Shown: positions 46,526-50,865 of the stretch, piece after piece
Layout: every line of letters begins with the position of its first letter
How positions within the stretch are numbered: position 1 is the first letter of the stretch
DNA from: Escherichia phage vB_EcoS_swan01
DNA length: 50,865 bases
Direction: 5' to 3' (one strand)
Sequence record: NC_048202.1
Notes under the pieces: generated by a model
Seen by the model: the letters and a program-made list of their open reading frames with translations, nothing else
The model's database searches: none
Told to the model about the DNA's origin: nothing
Made by a program: the position numbers and the translations under genes

Positions 46526-46780
46526 GTGGATCATTCCGTTCTGAAAATTCCACGAATCGACAAACTCTTGCATGTCATTTCTTATTTGTTCGTGCCATTT
46601 TTCAAGAGGTAGTTTTCTTGTATCCTCAAAGCTCATATCTAATGCGCTTGAAAATTCCCACGGATCGCAATCAATCATCTTTTTCACGTTAGGGTTTTTA
46701 TCAAGTGCATCGCACACCATAGCGCGAAATAACAACCACTCGCCAGTTTCATTTAAATAAACGCTTCTCTCTTTTTTCAT
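46523..46780 (-). CDS. hypothetical protein
   Basis: 85 aa. Confidence 0.5.
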   Translation of the reverse strand: MKKERSVYLNETGEWLLFRAMVCDALDKNPNVKKMIDCDPWEFSSALDMSFEDTRKLPLEKWHEQIRNDMQEFVDSWNFQNGMIH

Positions 46781-46784
46781 CGTG

Positions 46785-47510
46785 TTAGCTCCGTTTGCGC
46801 GCGCGGCGTTCGGTTACAGAAGGGCAAATATCGCTGATCTTAACGTATCGCGTTTTCTGCTCTTCGCCTTCTTTAAGTTTACGCATGACAAAAATCACGC
46901 TCCCCTTATTGTTGCCCTGTACAGGCTCGCCAGTCAATCCAGACACAAAGGCGATTCTTCCGGTGCGGGAATATTCCACTCCCCCCTCTTCGTAAACCTC
47001 GCCAGTGATCCAGATGATTTCAGCCGCGTTTTTCTGCGCCTCATAAAACCATGCTGTAGAGTTGTCGGATGGCAACAAAACATCAATTTGGTTGTTGTGC
47101 TCCATTTGCTCAATTGCTTTCTTGATAAATGGAGTTGGGTTGCTGTACGGCGGGTTAAGCCATACGTGCTTGTTGCTACCCCACCAACGCTTTAAGCAGT
47201 TTGTTTCCTTGCTATAGAACTTCTCGCAAACTGCGTTTTCATGGCTTGCTGCCGCGTCGAGATCGTATTCACCAAATTCTGATTCCATCCACTCCACGAT
47301 CTCTTGAGGCGTGCTCCACATATCGCGCACAACGTCCGGCGTAGTGCTTCCAGCGTATCGGTTGCCGCTTACCTTATAATATTGATTTGGCTTTACTGCC
47401 TGGTAATGGCCTCCAGTTGCAAGGGCATTCCCTATAAATGTTTCTCTCTCCAACTGCTCAAAGCTAACGAATGCGTCATGGGTGTCTTTATCTAAAATAT
47501 CTTTAGCCAT
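46785..47510 (-). CDS. DNA N6-adenine methyltransferase (phage Dam-type)
   Basis: DLDAAAS and NPPY motifs in the order typical of phage Dam-family MTases; 241 aa. Confidence 0.7.
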   Translation of the reverse strand: MAKDILDKDTHDAFVSFEQLERETFIGNALATGGHYQAVKPNQYYKVSGNRYAGSTTPDVVRDMWSTPQEIVEWMESEFGEYDLDAAASHENAVCEKFYSKETNCLKRWWGSNKHVWLNPPYSNPTPFIKKAIEQMEHNNQIDVLLPSDNSTAWFYEAQKNAAEIIWITGEVYEEGGVEYSRTGRIAFVSGLTGEPVQGNNKGSVIFVMRKLKEGEEQKTRYVKISDICPSVTERRARKRS

Positions 47511-47549
47511 TTCATTTCTCCGCTATTAAAAGCTATCTCGTGTTATTGA

Positions 47550-47595
47550 ATTATGGCGCAATCCATCGCGCCAGTTTTAACAAAAAGTGCTATTT
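47550..47595 (-). promoter_or_regulatory. motif promoter-like element (AAATAGCACTTTTTGTTAAAA, 22 nt, CATAAT)
   Basis: TAG stop of the VRR-NUC gene embedded in the motif; drives the Dam gene. Confidence 0.6.
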
Positions 47596-48009
47596 AAGCA
47601 TGTATTCAATAGCTAACTTAAACTGATTAAATCCGTAGGCGACCGCAGCGAATCCTCCTAAACTGCGAACGCGACGCAAAAAAGCCTTTTGTTCATCGCT
47701 GACTGGTGATGCTTTCCCCTTGCCTGATTTATTAACTCGTTTGATCTCAATCGCTGCAAAGGGGTATTTTCCGTTTGAACCAATCAGGATGATGAAATCG
47801 CTTACCCCCTTAACCAAGCCGGACTGCTGATCAATCATCGCCGTTACTTTCGACTTCTCATTCTCGTTTACCGTATGCCACGCTAGCAAATAAGGATGAG
47901 CATAAGTCAACCACTGAAAGCTATCTATCTGGTGATTAACTTCCTTTCTCGTGTCGGTTGGATCTCTTTCGTAAAACTCAAGATAATCTCCTTTATCAGT
48001 TATAGCCAT
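47590..48009 (-). CDS. VRR-NUC domain nuclease (putative)
   Basis: 139 aa; D...E.K motif (DFIIL...AIEIK) characteristic of PD-(D/E)XK VRR-NUC domains; follows the helicase gene. Confidence 0.55.
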   Translation of the reverse strand: MAITDKGDYLEFYERDPTDTRKEVNHQIDSFQWLTYAHPYLLAWHTVNENEKSKVTAMIDQQSGLVKGVSDFIILIGSNGKYPFAAIEIKRVNKSGKGKASPVSDEQKAFLRRVRSLGGFAAVAYGFNQFKLAIEYMLK

Positions 48010-50006
48010 TAAACAAACTCCCGTTTTGCAATGTTATCCTCACCTTTGCCGTTTTTGCGATGCGTTACGCGTACAGGCGGCATGATGTGATGAGCGTATG
48101 ACATTATTTTACGAGCATTTCTATAGCTCGCCACCATACCAGCAATCTTGCGATCCGGTATGTGCTGCAATGCTATTTTTCTCCATATCGTCCGGCAAAT
48201 GTTGCTTTCTGACTCAGGGAAAAATCTTTCGTATGCCTTGAACGTGTCGCCGTTGGCCTCAAGCTCATAGCAAAAAATAATTCCTTTCTGGTTTTTCGTC
48301 ATATCAACGCGGAAAGATTTAACGTTGCACCAATCGTTTTTGGTGTAGTGCTTACCGCTTAACTTCTCGTTAGGATCGACAAGAGAAATATCGCAACAAC
48401 GGCATACTCTCGCCACTACGTCGTTTTTTGTTCCGCAACCGCGCTTGATTATCTTTTTCGTTCTCTGATCTACCTGGTCCTCGCAAATTCTGTAAGTCCA
48501 AAAATGCTCACATCGCTTCCCGTTATCGTCTACGTGCATACATCGGCGAGCGTAAAAGCTGTTTAGCGTTCCACATATCGGACAAGTCTTAGGCTCTTTC
48601 CCGTTTGTAAATCTCTTTTGGAATTGCGCTTGCTCAAGGATTGGATCGAAATACAAATCACCTAACTCATCCATAGTACCTGCAAAATCCAATACAAGAT
48701 GATCTTTTTTCTTGAATCCCTGCTCAATGTGCCATTGCTTAAGCAGTCGCATGCCGCGCCCCAAAAGCTGGATAAGCAATGTTAGAGATCCTATCTTTCT
48801 CAGTATTACAGAAGTATCCCAAAACGGAACGTTAACGCCAGTGGTAAGCGCCTGTACCTGGAAGATGTATTTTACTTTTCCCTCGTATGCCTCCCTCAGC
48901 CACTCTTTACGCTGATTATCTCCAGTCTTGCCAGTTATGATCCTGTATTCAACGCCTGGCGGCAGTGCGGCGGCAGCCTCCTTGCAGTGCCTTTCCCCTG
49001 CGCATGTAACTAAAACTCCGTTCCTGTCTTTGCATATCTCATGGACTTTAGCCATGATTTTCTGTGTCATTGTTGCGTCTTGATGGATCTTTTCTTCCAT
49101 CTTGCGCAATGTTTTAGCGTCAAAGTCTGAAACGCCATCCTCGCTACTGGCTTCGAACTCTGAAAGGTCATAACCCAGGTCGCCTACGTCGCCGAAGTTT
49201 GTTGGCACTACCGAACCGAATTTGATTAAGTAGTTTGTGTCTATGTTAGTCACCTGCTCACGCCAGAATCCATTTTTGTTCTTATCTTCAACCAGTATTG
49301 GAACCACGCCGCGAAACTCAGATCCAGTCATGCCGAATATTCGCAATTCGTGCCCGTATGCCTCGCGACACCTACGCATCATTTCCATGATTATTACGGT
49401 GTACTGTGTGCGCCCTGTTCCGAACATTGGATCGCCATTGGAATCAAATTGCTGTTCTTCTCCAATCAGTACAGGCAAATCCTTCTTAGTGGTCATCTGC
49501 TGGTAAGATTCATTATTTTCTATCGCGTCCGCGAGATCCTCCCAATCCACCTGGTGACATTCATCAATACCGATAACGTGCGGAACATAATCACCTAACG
49601 ACTTAAACAATCCGTTTACTACAGTGCCCTCAGAACCGACTACGATCGGAAAGTATGCGCTTTTTGTTTTCAGTCCGGCGCAATAGATTGAGTTTGGCAC
49701 GCCAAGATTGCTGATCTCTTCCGAATCCTGATCAACAATTTCAGCCTGGCGAGCAAGGACCATCATTTTCAATCCCATTTTGCGGCATTGCGCCGCAACC
49801 ATCGCAAACATCAATGTTTTGCCAGCCGATACAGAAGCCTTAACAAAGAAAGGATGCTCATAGTTTTTCATGCGCTTTGCGATCTCTGCATACGCAACGC
49901 ACTGATAAGGATAAGGCACTATATTGCCAACCGTGAATCGCTCTTGGATGCTTTTTATTACTGCCTCGCCTAATGCTGATATTTGTTTTTCGATATTTGG
50001 AATCAT
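48009..50006 (-). CDS. SF2 DNA helicase (DEAD/DEAH-like) with C-terminal Cys-rich domain
   Basis: Walker A VSAGKT, DECH box, and multiple CxxC pairs in the C-terminus. Confidence 0.8.
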   Translation of the reverse strand: MIPNIEKQISALGEAVIKSIQERFTVGNIVPYPYQCVAYAEIAKRMKNYEHPFFVKASVSAGKTLMFAMVAAQCRKMGLKMMVLARQAEIVDQDSEEISNLGVPNSIYCAGLKTKSAYFPIVVGSEGTVVNGLFKSLGDYVPHVIGIDECHQVDWEDLADAIENNESYQQMTTKKDLPVLIGEEQQFDSNGDPMFGTGRTQYTVIIMEMMRRCREAYGHELRIFGMTGSEFRGVVPILVEDKNKNGFWREQVTNIDTNYLIKFGSVVPTNFGDVGDLGYDLSEFEASSEDGVSDFDAKTLRKMEEKIHQDATMTQKIMAKVHEICKDRNGVLVTCAGERHCKEAAAALPPGVEYRIITGKTGDNQRKEWLREAYEGKVKYIFQVQALTTGVNVPFWDTSVILRKIGSLTLLIQLLGRGMRLLKQWHIEQGFKKKDHLVLDFAGTMDELGDLYFDPILEQAQFQKRFTNGKEPKTCPICGTLNSFYARRCMHVDDNGKRCEHFWTYRICEDQVDQRTKKIIKRGCGTKNDVVARVCRCCDISLVDPNEKLSGKHYTKNDWCNVKSFRVDMTKNQKGIIFCYELEANGDTFKAYERFFPESESNICRTIWRKIALQHIPDRKIAGMVASYRNARKIMSYAHHIMPPVRVTHRKNGKGEDNIAKREFV

Positions 50007-50038
50007 CTTAAACCTTTAAAAAATGCCATTTGGAGTAT

Positions 50039-50082
50039 ATAATAGACTCATTACAATAAACTGTTTTAACAAAAAATGCTAT
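50039..50082 (-). promoter_or_regulatory. motif promoter-like element (ATAGCATTTTTTGTTAAAA, 22 nt, TATTAT) in a divergent region
   Basis: drives the helicase gene; on the opposite strand the motif abuts the GAGGTGA RBS of the HTH gene. Confidence 0.55.
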
Positions 50083-50093
50083 GAGGTGACTAG

Positions 50094-50570
50094 ATGAAAG
50101 ATGCACGAATTGCAGTATCTACGGGTGAGATCGACAAGCGCACTATTAACGGTAACAACGGAACGCGACGAGGTAAAGACAAAAAACCACGAAAACACCG
50201 AACCGGATTTCTTATCCTGCGAGATGAGGTAAAAGCAAGCCTGAAATCTCGCCTTGACATTCTGATCGAGTATTACGGCGGCGTTCCTGCTATGGCTCGA
50301 CGTCTGCGCGTATCTCAGCAAGTCGTTAACCAGTGGCGAAAGCGTGGTATGATTTCAGCCGCTGGAGCACAAAAGGTGCATAACGACTACAAATATAATG
50401 GATGCAAAGGATACCGCGCATCATTTTGTCGTCCAGATCTGCGGTTTGATTCTAACGGTAAGCCTCTTACTACCCGTTGCGACAAATACGATATGTTGCG
50501 CGTAGTCAAAAATTCAGACTACGAACCAGGCGGACGATTCTACAAAGGTGATAACAGCACGAATAGCTAA
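50094..50570 (+). CDS. HTH DNA-binding protein (Cro/YdaS-like, putative transcriptional regulator)
   Basis: GGVPAMARRLRVSQQVVNQWRKRG helix-turn-helix segment; basic N-terminus; followed by a terminator. Confidence 0.55.
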   Translation: MKDARIAVSTGEIDKRTINGNNGTRRGKDKKPRKHRTGFLILRDEVKASLKSRLDILIEYYGGVPAMARRLRVSQQVVNQWRKRGMISAAGAQKVHNDYKYNGCKGYRASFCRPDLRFDSNGKPLTTRCDKYDMLRVVKNSDYEPGGRFYKGDNSTNS

Positions 50571-50577
50571 TGATAAG

Positions 50578-50613
50578 GCCCAGCGAAATGATAATATTTG
50601 CTGGGCTTTTTTA
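50578..50613 (+). terminator. rho-independent terminator (large loop)
   Basis: gcccagc...gctgggc inverted repeat followed by T6. Confidence 0.5.
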
Positions 50614-50625
50614 TTGAGGTTTGCC

Positions 50626-50865
50626 ATGAATACTGAAAACTTTATGACCTATCAGAAAGAAGATGTTTTGCCATATATGAAGGGGTTATGGCGTGAAGCA
50701 CTACAAAGCATTTGCGGACTGCATAGCGATGTTTTCAACAAAAAGCATCAACCTTGCCCACACTGCGGCGGTAAGGATCGTTTTAGATGGACTGATAAGC
50801 TAAATGAAGAGGGCGACGGCGGCGCGATCTGCAACGTGTGCGGCAACGACACGGGGATCGGTTGG
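50626..50865 (+). CDS. primase-like protein, N-terminal part (continues at 2..817 across the terminal duplication)
   Basis: ATG at 50626; zinc-ribbon CPHCGGKDRFRW...CNVCGNDTGIGW; ORF runs off the window end into the 127-bp duplicated segment. Confidence 0.6.
   Translation, partial: MNTENFMTYQKEDVLPYMKGLWREALQSICGLHSDVFNKKHQPCPHCGGKDRFRWTDKLNEEGDGGAICNVCGNDTGIGW
50739..50865. repeat. terminal direct repeat, identical to 1..127
   Basis: exact 127-bp duplication of window start and end. Confidence 0.9.

Overview
The window looks like one complete unit genome of a tailed dsDNA phage with a siphovirus-type, lambda-like tail module and a T1-like overall layout (inference from gene content and order; no database search was possible). 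Its first ~127 bp are repeated exactly at the end (1-127 = 50739-50865), so the unique length is about 50.74 kb and a zinc-ribbon primase-like gene spans the junction (50626..50865 continuing into 2..817). Coding is dense and arranged in five strand blocks: replication/recombination genes (SSB, Erf-like annealase, exonuclease, SF2 helicase, primase-like), a late structural operon on the minus strand (TerS, TerL, portal, MuF-like, scaffold-like, capsid, neck, major tail, G/G-T chaperone, tape measure, M/L/K/I/J-like), a lysis cassette (pinholin-like, SAR endolysin, unimolecular spanin), two DNA methyltransferase candidates (Dam-type and C5-like), and many small early genes. The most striking feature is a highly conserved ~21-bp motif, AAATAGCACTTTTTGTTAAAA, present in at least 18 intergenic copies. 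In 14 copies it sits a fixed ~22 nt upstream of a -10-like hexamer and often overlaps the stop codon of the preceding gene; three copies in the late region are inverted and abut ribosome-binding sites. This looks like a phage-specific promoter or regulatory family and is the best candidate for something undescribed. Other notable items are a G/G-T -1 frameshift site, two related AT/CA-rich elements at the strand switches, iteron-like repeats, a family of small paralogous early proteins, and several small ORFs missed by the 60-aa ORF track. Coordinates of short motifs were read by eye and may be off by 1-2 nt; CDS coordinates are anchored to the supplied ORF track.
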